The notes under the pieces were generated by a model. The model had not been told where the DNA came from. It searched no databases and worked only from the letters and a program-made list of their open reading frames with translations. From contig JAOZFI010000061.1 of NCBI GenBank assembly GCA_027491395.1, forward strand, positions 1 to 21,373: 21,373 nucleotides of DNA, read 5' to 3'. This DNA comes from Thermoproteota archaeon (GTDB lineage: Archaea; Korarchaeota; Korarchaeia; Korarchaeales; Korarchaeaceae). Positions 8,659 to 16,911 of the stretch are shown here, one piece after another; the first letter of the stretch is position 1, and each line of letters opens with the position of its first letter. The position numbers and the translations under genes are program-made.

Positions 8659-8662
8659 TAGA

Positions 8663-10687
8663 TCACCCCTTGACCTTGAAGATGGCCACCTCGACATACC
8701 CTTTATTCTTACCCACGTGAACCAAGTCGAAGTAGTTCAGCTTTGCCCCGCCTATCGCGTTGAGGGCCATCTTGTATAAAGTAGTATTCAGCGTGTAGTC
8801 CGTAGGGAGGGAGCGTCCCGTGGTTTTATCGTAGATGAAGAACTTCTGGAGATCTTGGGCGAACCACTTCCTAGCCTCATCAGGTCTGTAGGGACTGTGC
8901 TGGAACTCTCCAGCTATCCAAGCCATGGCTACCCACTTACCACCTCCTGAGAACTGTCCCACCTCTCTGGGCACGTCAACGACGACGTATGTGGCGTTGA
9001 ATCTGCTTGCCAGGTCTAACATCCTCTCCTCGGGACCTATAAAGGCCTTGGCCACGAGCCTTATCTGGGTGGAGTTTATGGTGAGCCCGTCAACAATCGT
9101 TATCTTCCCCGCTCCGGTCTGCATCCAGTAACCGTAGTCCCACCAGGAGATTACGACTTCATCAGGCTTTGTATTATTCTTCAACCACTCCAACGCATCA
9201 TTCCATCCCTCGGTAAAGCCGAGCGGGTACTCCATGGCTTCTTGGAAGGTGAGGACGTACTCCGAGTGTCCAGCCCCGTAATTCCTTATGTGGCCTTGGA
9301 AGGCGACTGGAAGCACCACCAAGAGGATCATCATCGTGACAGGAACCTTCATCATCCCCAGCTTCTTGGATACGGGGAGGCTGCCGCCTCTCCTCCTTTT
9401 AGCCCTTTCTAGGGATCTCACCTTCTTCATGTAAGGCTCCGAGAACACCACTATCCTGTAAGCGAAGAAACCCGACACGAGCGCCACGAATGGCGCGGCT
9501 AAGGGGGGCAACCTCACTATACTTGTGGCGAAGTAGAGGGATATCAGGGTCATGAGGCTTATCATTAGCTCGTCGTTGTTCCTCCACCTCTCCAGCAGAA
9601 GGAAGAAGAGCCCCAGCACTCCAGGTATCAAGAGCGTGGTCAGGGTTTCCACAGTCGCTCCAGCACCGTGCTCAGCAACGGTTTCGACGACATTCCCCTG
9701 TGGAAGCTTTACTGAGGGGAACAGAACCCTCATCAGCCTGCCCGTAAGGGGCTGGTATATGCCCAAGGCGAAGAACGCAACGAGTAGGGCCAGCCCGACT
9801 CCAACGGATACAATCCTCCTCCGCTCGCTCAAGGCCCTCACGTTGATCTTTGGGAGGGAGATGTAAACTAGAGCCGCCAGTAGAGAGGCCCAGACGAGCG
9901 TGCTCTCCACGCTTATGTAGAGCTTCCTGTAAGCTTGGTTGGAGAGGAATCCGAAGCTAGCCAGCAACACATAGAGGGGGGGCAACCCCAATGCCAGACC
10001 CTCACGCCAGTCCAGCCTATTCAGTAAGAGGAGGACCATGAGGAGCAATGCGTAGCCGTCGTAGAGCGCCTTGAATCCCGCCCATACCCCCGCAGAGTAA
10101 ACTAGAAAGATACCGCTAAGTCCGGAGTAAGCCAGCACCTTCCATTCCTCCTCACTCCTCATGGCCTTTATCGTGAAGTACATGGAGGTCATGAGTAGGG
10201 GAATGGCGAATTGCTCGTGCCTGTACCATCCTGCTAGCGACCTGTTTATGTACGCCCAAGATAGGGAGATGGCAAATGCAGACGTTACGGCCGCCGACCT
10301 ACCCCACAGCTCCTTAGCCAGCAAGTAGACTGGTATAACCACCAGCGGAGCGAATACCACTGGAATATACACCACAACCGTGTAAAGGTCGTTGAAACCG
10401 AAGAGAGACGCGATCTTATAGATCGCGGCACCAGTGTAGTAGTGAAGTATGGGCAGCACCTCGCTGGGGTTATAGCTCCAGGGATGCCAAGCTAGGGGAT
10501 CGAAGGTCGGCAGATGCCCCGTCTTCACTAGGTACTCCGTTATCCTGTAGTGCAGCAACGGGTCGTCAGCGGTCAGGTGAGCCCCATACTTGAAGGTGGG
10601 AAGGACCCTGATGACAGCGCCTATAATGTAAGTAACTGCTACGATGAGAACATCGATTAACCTGCCCTTCACGCCATCGTCGAGCAA
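8663..10687 (-). CDS. aglB: Oligosaccharyltransferase AglB (STT3 family)
   Basis: Multi-TM N-terminal domain with ADDPLLH, TVAE (TIXE/SVSE-type) and WWDYG motifs; TTG start with SD AGGTGA. Confidence 0.93.
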   Translation of the reverse strand: MLDDGVKGRLIDVLIVAVTYIIGAVIRVLPTFKYGAHLTADDPLLHYRITEYLVKTGHLPTFDPLAWHPWSYNPSEVLPILHYYTGAAIYKIASLFGFNDLYTVVVYIPVVFAPLVVIPVYLLAKELWGRSAAVTSAFAISLSWAYINRSLAGWYRHEQFAIPLLMTSMYFTIKAMRSEEEWKVLAYSGLSGIFLVYSAGVWAGFKALYDGYALLLMVLLLLNRLDWREGLALGLPPLYVLLASFGFLSNQAYRKLYISVESTLVWASLLAALVYISLPKINVRALSERRRIVSVGVGLALLVAFFALGIYQPLTGRLMRVLFPSVKLPQGNVVETVAEHGAGATVETLTTLLIPGVLGLFFLLLERWRNNDELMISLMTLISLYFATSIVRLPPLAAPFVALVSGFFAYRIVVFSEPYMKKVRSLERAKRRRGGSLPVSKKLGMMKVPVTMMILLVVLPVAFQGHIRNYGAGHSEYVLTFQEAMEYPLGFTEGWNDALEWLKNNTKPDEVVISWWDYGYWMQTGAGKITIVDGLTINSTQIRLVAKAFIGPEERMLDLASRFNATYVVVDVPREVGQFSGGGKWVAMAWIAGEFQHSPYRPDEARKWFAQDLQKFFIYDKTTGRSLPTDYTLNTTLYKMALNAIGGAKLNYFDLVHVGKNKGYVEVAIFKVKG

Positions 10688-10716
10688 ATTAGCTTCACCT
10701 TCGGGGATGCCTGACC

Positions 10717-10768
10717 CCCTCTTATAAAAATTGATCGAACGCCCACGGCATCAATGTTTTAAGAATGG
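10717..10768. promoter_or_regulatory. Back-to-back divergent promoters (aglB / EamA operon)
   Basis: Minus strand GATCAATTTTTATAAG and plus strand CATCAATGTTTTAAG, each suitably spaced from its start codon. Confidence 0.55.
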
Positions 10769-10784
10769 ACCGAGATGAGGCCCG

Positions 10785-11675
10785 ATGGTGAGATCGGAAC
10801 CGCCCTTAAACCCGAAGCTAGCGCTGGCCGTGGGTATAGCGGCAGTATCCACTGCGAGCATACTGATAAGGTTCAGCGACAGTAACCCCCTAATCATAGC
10901 AGGTTACAGGATGGCCTTCGCATCCCTCCTCATGCTAATTCTCTCTGCAAGCTCTCTAAACCAGATAAGAGGCCTCTCCAGTATGGAAAGAGCGATCCTC
11001 CTCTTGTCTGGGGAGAGCTTGGCGGTGCACTTTGGTACATGGACGGCCAGCTTGGAGTATACTTCTATAGCTGCGAGCACGGTCATAGTGGACTCTTCAC
11101 CCATATTCGTGGTTCTCCTCTCCTATCTAGTGTTAGGTGAGAGGGTTAACTCTAGGGAGGTGGCGGGCATATCGGTATCCTTTCTGGGTGCATCGATAAT
11201 CGCGATGGGTCACATAGATAAGGGATCCAATATATTCGGAGATTTCCTCGCGCTGATAGGATCTATATCCCTAGCAGCATATTTAGTGGCTGGGAAGAGG
11301 TTGAGGAGGAAGCTCGATCTCGCACCGTACACGGCATCGGTGTACGGGATATCTGGGATCTCGCTCCTCCTCACAGCTGGAGCGTTCAACGTCCCCCTCT
11401 ATGGTTATCCTCTAAAGGAGTGGGCGATATTCCTAGCGCTGGCTTTCATCCCTAGCGGATTAGGGCATAACTCCTACAACTACGCTCTAAAATACTTGAA
11501 GGCCTCCGTCGTCAGCGTATCCATACTAGGGGAGCCTATCGGCGCATCCATCTTGGCTGCAATCCTGCTGGGTGAGTTACCCCGTGCCACTACGGTTATC
11601 GGGGGCGCCCTAGTTTTAGGTGGGATCTACACAGCCGTCACCTCACAGCGGGGTGCTCCTGATGGGAAGTGTTAG
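10785..11675 (+). CDS. EamA/DMT family transporter
   Basis: About 10 hydrophobic segments in two repeats, with SSPIFV...LGE and GEPIGA...LGE motifs. Confidence 0.9.
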   Translation: MVRSEPPLNPKLALAVGIAAVSTASILIRFSDSNPLIIAGYRMAFASLLMLILSASSLNQIRGLSSMERAILLLSGESLAVHFGTWTASLEYTSIAASTVIVDSSPIFVVLLSYLVLGERVNSREVAGISVSFLGASIIAMGHIDKGSNIFGDFLALIGSISLAAYLVAGKRLRRKLDLAPYTASVYGISGISLLLTAGAFNVPLYGYPLKEWAIFLALAFIPSGLGHNSYNYALKYLKASVVSVSILGEPIGASILAAILLGELPRATTVIGGALVLGGIYTAVTSQRGAPDGKC

Positions 11676-12468
11676 GGAAGCAGTTATCCTAGCCGGGGGA
11701 AGGAGCATCAGATTCGGGAGGGATAAACTGACTTACAAAATTGACGGTAAAGAGATGATAGTTATGGTGGCTGAAGCAGCTCGAGAAATAACGGAGAAGG
11801 TCATTCTCTCGGTTAGAAGTGATGAGGATGGCGAGAGATTCTCCAAACTGACCGGACTGGACTACAGGGTTGACGAACCATTACCCTGCACGGGCCCCAT
11901 CAGGGGAGTGCTCTCCTCGGTCAAAGAGGAGTACACTCTGCTGCTCCCTGCTGACCTGCCTTGGGTGAATGGTGATGTGTTGAAGTCCTTCCTGGGGATG
12001 TGTGGGAGCTCCTCAGCCCATATCTGTGGTCTCCTGTGGTCCGCTGAGGGAAGGTACTTGGATCCGATGATCGCCCACATCCGCTCCTTGGAACCGCTGA
12101 TCCATGTGAGGAGGGCCTGTCCTCTGAAGAACGTGAGAGTGACCGATATCCATAGGGCCGCTTCCTCCCTCCTGATGATCTCAGCTGGTCTTCTGGATGA
12201 CCCCTGGAGGCTCTTAGATGTAGACAGACCCGAAGATCTCGCAAAAAGGGAGGAAAAATGGGAGAAAGAGCTCCTATACATCGCTCCTAGAACCTTGGAA
12301 GACCCCTACAGGAGGGCCATCGAGGAACTAGAGAGGGGGTCCCTCAGCCGAGCCCGTGAGATGTTTAATTTGGAGCTGTTCGTGTTTCAAGATGTGGAAA
12401 ACATCCGCGATCATGTGAGCAAGGACCTGAGATCGCTGGGTGGGAAGGATGGAGGTAGTGATAGATAA
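11662..12468 (+). CDS. mobA: MobA-like NTP transferase (molybdenum cofactor guanylyltransferase family)
   Basis: ILAGGRSIRFGRDK, GPIRG, ADLP and DVDRPEDL motifs. Start moved to ATG 11662 (GGGTG upstream). Carries a C-terminal helical extension. Confidence 0.8.
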   Translation: MGSVREAVILAGGRSIRFGRDKLTYKIDGKEMIVMVAEAAREITEKVILSVRSDEDGERFSKLTGLDYRVDEPLPCTGPIRGVLSSVKEEYTLLLPADLPWVNGDVLKSFLGMCGSSSAHICGLLWSAEGRYLDPMIAHIRSLEPLIHVRRACPLKNVRVTDIHRAASSLLMISAGLLDDPWRLLDVDRPEDLAKREEKWEKELLYIAPRTLEDPYRRAIEELERGSLSRAREMFNLELFVFQDVENIRDHVSKDLRSLGGKDGGSDR

Positions 12469-13468
12469 GAACGAGACCTTCGAGCCGGTTGGGAGGTACG
12501 ACAGGGTCGAGTGCCGTGGGTCATCTAGGATAAAGGGGATCTTGAAAGCCACCGAGGTCGCGTGCAAGGGGAAGCTTGAGGCTGAGGAGTTGTATGCGGT
12601 AAGGGTGGAGGCCAAGGGTCTGAAATGCAGGAAAATCAAGGCAGAGGAGCTGATCACGGACTTCCTAGATGCAGGAACGGTGGAGGTAGAAAAGGCGTAC
12701 ATCCGCGGTCCTGCTAGGGTTAACAGCTCCATCAAGGCGGTTGAGATAAGAGTGGAGGGTTCCCTATCCTGTGCCACACTCGAGGTGGAGGAGGCGAGGA
12801 TCTCAGGCAGTCTCAGGGCCCTGAAAGTAGATGTCAGGCATTTGGAGGTAAAAGGATCCCTTGAGGTAGACGAGGGGCGTATGGATCGAGTCTCAGTCGG
12901 AGGATCAGCCAAGCTTGGAAGCTGCAAGGTACTAGGAATCAGGGTGGGAGGGACCCTGAGAGTAACTGGCAACACTGATATCGGGGAAGCGGAAACGGGA
13001 ATGGCTGAGGTGACTGGGCGCTTAACTGGAGGTCTGCTGAAGGTAGATGAGGTGATGAAGGTGGAAGGCGAAGTCAGGGTGAGGACCCTAAGGGTAGTGG
13101 GAGCTCTTAAAGTATCAGGATACCTTTCCGCGGAGGAGGCTCACGTATCCGGGAAGGGGAAGGGTAAATTGGCGGGCGGAAGGGTCACAGTGGTTGGGGA
13201 GGCCACCGAGGTTGAGGGGGAGGAAATCCAACTGATAAACGCTAGAGTATCGAAGGTGATCGGAGGGAGAGTGAGGGTAAGGGATTCCCGCGTTGGAGTC
13301 ATTAATGCGGTGGAGGTTGAAGTGATGGGAAGGTCTAGAGTATCGCAAATAGCGGCAGAGAGGGTTTACGTGGCCGGCGGGATAGTAGAAAAGGTGTATT
13401 ACAAGGAGAGGTTATTTGTATCGCCGGAAGCCCGGGTGAAGTGGGAAAAGAAGGTGGCTAGCTTGTGA
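12449..13468 (+). CDS. Beta-helical repeat protein, bactofilin-like (YhbE/YhbF-type polymer-forming cytoskeletal protein)
   Basis: Val/Gly-rich repeats of about 16-17 aa ending [VI]xG[ST]; C-terminus KVYYKERLFVSPEARVKWEKKV resembles the YhbE/YhbF tail; no signal peptide or TM segment. Confidence 0.65.
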   Translation: MEVVIDKNETFEPVGRYDRVECRGSSRIKGILKATEVACKGKLEAEELYAVRVEAKGLKCRKIKAEELITDFLDAGTVEVEKAYIRGPARVNSSIKAVEIRVEGSLSCATLEVEEARISGSLRALKVDVRHLEVKGSLEVDEGRMDRVSVGGSAKLGSCKVLGIRVGGTLRVTGNTDIGEAETGMAEVTGRLTGGLLKVDEVMKVEGEVRVRTLRVVGALKVSGYLSAEEAHVSGKGKGKLAGGRVTVVGEATEVEGEEIQLINARVSKVIGGRVRVRDSRVGVINAVEVEVMGRSRVSQIAAERVYVAGGIVEKVYYKERLFVSPEARVKWEKKVASL

Positions 13469-13936
13469 TCACCCGAGCTTCTCTACCGCCTCCTTTAGAT
13501 TCTTGACAGCCTCCTCTAACAGGCTTGATGCCTTCTTCAGGAGTTCCTTGGCTTCATCCAGTCCCTCAACCTTCTTGAGGCCCAAAAGCACACTTAGGGT
13601 GTCGTCTATCTCCCCCTTCTCCAGCTTCTTGTAAGCCTCCAACACTATCTTGCCTGCCTCGGTCTCACCCTTAAGGTGCTTCTTTATGGTGGCCTCAGTC
13701 CTCCCAATATCCTCAGCTATTTCAGAAAGAGTCATTCCCGCCTGATCCCTCGCGAGGGCGGCGGCTGCGGTGGCTATGCTATCTATCCAAGTCAGTCTGT
13801 CCTTAGGATCTCTCAACTGCTCCACAAACTTCGGATCAGTGAGCACTTCGATCAGAGACGAGATAAGCAGGCTGTACTCCAGCTTGTGGATCTCCTCCTT
13901 ACCCATCGGCTTGAGCGGTATTCCCATCTCAGCCAT
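13469..13936 (-). CDS. HTH regulator with KaiC-associated regulatory domain (COG1318/TIGR03879-like)
   Basis: RLTWIDSIATAAAALARDQAGMTLSEIAEDIGRTEATIKKHLKGETEAG; C-terminal coiled coil; start ATG 13936 with SD GAGGTGA. Confidence 0.82.
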   Translation of the reverse strand: MAEMGIPLKPMGKEEIHKLEYSLLISSLIEVLTDPKFVEQLRDPKDRLTWIDSIATAAAALARDQAGMTLSEIAEDIGRTEATIKKHLKGETEAGKIVLEAYKKLEKGEIDDTLSVLLGLKKVEGLDEAKELLKKASSLLEEAVKNLKEAVEKLG

Positions 13937-13970
13937 GGTATCACCTCTAGGCAAAATGTATTCAGAGTAA

Positions 13971-13978
13971 TTTATAAA
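13971..13978 (-). promoter_or_regulatory. TATA box of the COG1318-like gene
   Basis: TTTATAAA about 35 nt upstream of ATG 13936. Confidence 0.6.
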
Positions 13979-13980
13979 CA

Positions 13981-14019
13981 TTCTACTAAATAAATTCTAT
14001 TAAAGTAGCTTCTCATAAA
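13981..14019. repeat. Three imperfect direct repeats TTCTnnTAAA
   Basis: TTCTACTAAA (13981), TTCTATTAAA (13995) and TTCTCATAAA (14010); period 14-15 bp. Confidence 0.5.
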
Positions 14020-14079
14020 ATAGCCAGATATGTTTGACGCGGATATTAATCGTCCTTAATTTAGGAAAAAGCTAACTTA

Positions 14080-14111
14080 GAAAAAATCTTTTATTGTTGT
14101 ATTGCATTACA
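14080..14111 (+). promoter_or_regulatory. BRE/TATA promoter with downstream TGTA-N6-TACA palindrome (candidate operator)
   Basis: GAAAAAATCTTTTATT, then TGTATTGCATTACA (14098-14111, 12 of 14 positions self-complementary) before ATG 14123. Confidence 0.55.
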
Positions 14112-14122
14112 CGGATGGGGCA

Positions 14123-14413
14123 ATGGCCCGCCTAATGAAAGAGGAGATCGTACTGAGAGGAGGAAAGGCCACAATAATCTGCGTGGACAAGGAGGAGAGT
14201 GGGAACTTCAGACTCTTGTACAGGAAAGACCACTGGAGGGAGGATGAGTGGGTGAGGATAGACTCAGAGGGGGGAGACTCTTACCTCCAAGTGAGGAGGA
14301 GGTTGGGTAAGCTGAAATGCGAGGACCTCAAGCACTTGCTTGAGCTGATACTCGATAAGGTGGAGGAGCTAGGGGGGGTTGGCAGTGGGGAGTTCGGGGA
14401 GAGTGAGGACTAA
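14123..14413 (+). CDS. Small hypothetical protein, possibly a degenerate DUF6516/TumE-like toxin
   Basis: 96 aa. FRLLY...WVRIDSEGG resembles the YxLxY...RYDN core of DUF6516 but lacks the following HxH. Overlaps the next gene. Confidence 0.5.
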   Translation: MARLMKEEIVLRGGKATIICVDKEESGNFRLLYRKDHWREDEWVRIDSEGGDSYLQVRRRLGKLKCEDLKHLLELILDKVEELGGVGSGEFGESED

Positions 14414-14873
14414 AAGGAAGGTGGAGGAAGATCTATCTGAGGTCCCTCTATCCAAGCTATTAAGCGAGATCAGGAAGTTCGAGGCCAAGTACGGGAAGAA
14501 CTTCCAGGAATTCATTTCCTCGTTGAAGGAGGATAGAGCGAGCATGGAGGAACTGGCCGACGGGTTCGTATGGGAGCAGTACGTGAGCGAGGTCCTCAGG
14601 AGATCCTCCATGGGAAGGCTAGAACTGAGCGTTGAGGACGCCAAGGAGCTCACCGAGATCTTCACTCCAGCTAGATTGGAGATAATGGGCTACCTAGCCA
14701 AGAAGAAGGAGGCCACGGTGTCGGAGATAGCTCGCTCCCTGAGGAGACCTGTTGGTTCCGTGTCCGAGATGTTAAAGATCCTCGAGTCCAAGGGACTGGT
14801 GAAGTCGGAGAGGAGGGGAAAGAGGAAGATCTATAGCCTGCTGGTGAGGGAGATCTTACTCAGAATGGGATAG
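14379..14873 (+). CDS. Winged-HTH regulator (ArsR/HVO_A0114-like) with N-terminal FExKYG helical domain; putative antitoxin
   Basis: C-terminal FTPARLEIM...TVSEIARSLRRPVGSVSEMLKILESKGLV is a wHTH; N-terminal FEAKYGKNFQEF...DGFVW. Start codon uncertain (TTG 14379 or GTG 14385). Confidence 0.75.
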   Translation: MAVGSSGRVRTKRKVEEDLSEVPLSKLLSEIRKFEAKYGKNFQEFISSLKEDRASMEELADGFVWEQYVSEVLRRSSMGRLELSVEDAKELTEIFTPARLEIMGYLAKKKEATVSEIARSLRRPVGSVSEMLKILESKGLVKSERRGKRKIYSLLVREILLRMG

Positions 14874-14881
14874 GTGCTATC

Positions 14882-15892
14882 ATGAGGTTCAGGGCAGTTA
14901 CCCTCCATGTGAGGGACCCGGAGGATTACCTCTCCTATTCGGACCTGCTTAAGAAAGTTTCATCCAAGCTGGAGTCCTTCACGACTAGGGTAGTATCAAC
15001 TAAACCGGGAGATGAGCTAGACCTCGATCTTAAAGCGGTGTACTCTGGTGAGGGATTAGAGGGTTTCGATAAGGCGTGGGAACTGCTCAAGGGGGGCTAT
15101 TTCACCTCCGTGTCCCTGGGGAGAGATCCCTACGCGGCTCATCTAGGGTACGCGGCTTCCTTCATAAGGAGGGTGTCCGAGGAGCTCGGTCCGGAGTACG
15201 GAACTATGTTCGCGGTTACATCTGATCCACCGCCGGAGGGACCATACTTCCCAGCATCTAGGTCCTCCTCCCTCGGATTGAGCGCCTCCCTCCTCTACCC
15301 CTCGGATCTTTACGGGGCCCTCTACGAGGCAGAGGAGCCAGACACGACAATAAGGCACGTGCTTTCCCTCATATTCAGTGAGGCCTACGAGGAATTCGTA
15401 GATACCGTGGGGGATGAGGCTCCGGTACTTGGTATGGATTACTCTCTCAGTCCATGGATGGATGAGAGCTCGGCTCATGTCATTAGCCTCATGGCTAGGG
15501 CTCCTTTCATGGCCCCAGGAACGGCAAGAGCAATATTGGAACTCAACAGATCCATAGAGGAGGCCTCCAAGGGGTTGAAGCCCTTGGGCTACAACGAGGT
15601 AATGCTCCCAATGGCCGAGGACGACCTCCTCAAGCAGATGGCACTTGAGGGATCCCTCACCGCCACCGGCTTGGTCTCCCTCACTCCTTACTGTATAACC
15701 GGATTGGACATGGTCATCCTCCCTAGGTCCACGCCCGACAGGGAGATAGCTGCGCTGATAGGTGATGTCCTAGCTTCGAGCTACGTGAAAAACAGGGTTC
15801 TCGGGGTCAGGATCATCTTAGTGGATGGGGAATCGGGGGAGGAGGTAGAGCTGGGCAGGTTCGGTAAGGTCCCGGTGATGAGAGTGGGCTAG
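14882..15892 (+). CDS. DUF711 (UPF0210) family protein, short divergent form
   Basis: Motifs align with the 17247-18617 protein: DYSLSP/DLSLAP, LPMAED/IPVSED, YCITGLDMVILP/VCSTGLDMIVMP, IAALIGDV/IAAIIGDV. Confidence 0.85.
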   Translation: MRFRAVTLHVRDPEDYLSYSDLLKKVSSKLESFTTRVVSTKPGDELDLDLKAVYSGEGLEGFDKAWELLKGGYFTSVSLGRDPYAAHLGYAASFIRRVSEELGPEYGTMFAVTSDPPPEGPYFPASRSSSLGLSASLLYPSDLYGALYEAEEPDTTIRHVLSLIFSEAYEEFVDTVGDEAPVLGMDYSLSPWMDESSAHVISLMARAPFMAPGTARAILELNRSIEEASKGLKPLGYNEVMLPMAEDDLLKQMALEGSLTATGLVSLTPYCITGLDMVILPRSTPDREIAALIGDVLASSYVKNRVLGVRIILVDGESGEEVELGRFGKVPVMRVG

Positions 15893-16911
15893 TCCTCCGG
15901 GATGCAGGGAGTGGGATGCCAAGAGGCTTTGGGCTCCCCGTAAGCGCCACCAAATATCCTGTCGTGTATGTCCGTGGCCGCCTTGACCCCATCTCCCACA
16001 GCCTTGGCTATCTGCATGGGCTCACCTGTAACATCACCCACCGCGTAGACGGCGAAGCAGTTGGTCCTCTGCCAGTAGTCCACCAGGATGAACCCCTTTT
16101 CATCCGTCTTGACGCCAGCCTGCTTGGCGATGTGGCTCTGGGGGATGACTCCCACGAAGATGAAGACGCCATCAACCTCAACCAGTTCCTCCTCACCACT
16201 CTCCAAGTCCCTTATCCTAACCCCTCTCACTCTCTCGTCACCGACTATCTCCACGACCACGCTCTTCCACCTGAAATCGACGTTGGGAAGGCCCATCACC
16301 TGATTCACCAAAGCCTGCTCGGCCCTCAACTTGTCCCTTCTATGCACCAAAATCACCTTACTGGCTAGCTTAGCTAGGTAAAGCGTGGAAACTGCTGCTG
16401 TGTTCCCCCCGCCGACGACCACTATCTTCTTCCCCTTAAAGAGGGGTCCGTCACAGACGGCACAGTAGCTCACTCCCTTACCGTAGAACTCCATCTCCCC
16501 CGGAACCCCCAACCTCTTATCCTCGGCACCCGTGGCGATGATCAGGGCCCTAGCTGAGAACTCCTTACCGCTCCTCGTGTACGCTTTCTTCCAATCACCT
16601 TTCAGGTCTAGCCTCACCACCTCCTCAGGGAATAGGATCTTAACCCCCGCTTTACTGGTATGCTCGTGGAATATCTTGGAAAGCTCCTCTCCTGTGATGT
16701 GGGGGAAGCCCGGGTAATTCTCCACCACGGGATTTATGGACACCTTGCCGCCCGGCGTGTCCTTCTCTATGACTAGGGTTCTGAGTCCATATCTAGCTAG
16801 GTATATGCCAGCCGTCAACCCGCCGGGCCCGCCCCCTACGATTATCACATCCCAGTCCCGAGGAAGCTCCTCCTCGCTCTTGACAGGCATGAGAAACGCT
16901 CCAAAGCTCAT
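15889..16911 (-). CDS. trxB: Thioredoxin reductase (NADPH-type, low molecular weight)
   Basis: FAD motif GGGPGG, redox CAVCDG, GGGNTA, NADPH-type HRRDKLR and AVGDV; ATGA overlap with the ASCH gene. Confidence 0.93.
   Translation of the reverse strand: MSFGAFLMPVKSEEELPRDWDVIIVGGGPGGLTAGIYLARYGLRTLVIEKDTPGGKVSINPVVENYPGFPHITGEELSKIFHEHTSKAGVKILFPEEVVRLDLKGDWKKAYTRSGKEFSARALIIATGAEDKRLGVPGEMEFYGKGVSYCAVCDGPLFKGKKIVVVGGGNTAAVSTLYLAKLASKVILVHRRDKLRAEQALVNQVMGLPNVDFRWKSVVVEIVGDERVRGVRIRDLESGEEELVEVDGVFIFVGVIPQSHIAKQAGVKTDEKGFILVDYWQRTNCFAVYAVGDVTGEPMQIAKAVGDGVKAATDIHDRIFGGAYGEPKASWHPTPCIPED

Noticed and set aside
12250-12468. C-terminal helical extension of MobA as a novel fusion
   Set aside because: Short, without a recognisable motif, and I recall similar tails in other archaeal MobA proteins; not enough support.
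13937-14881. Mobile element carrying the TA-like pair
   Set aside because: No transposase, integrase, terminal inverted repeats or target duplication; codon style resembles the neighbouring genes.
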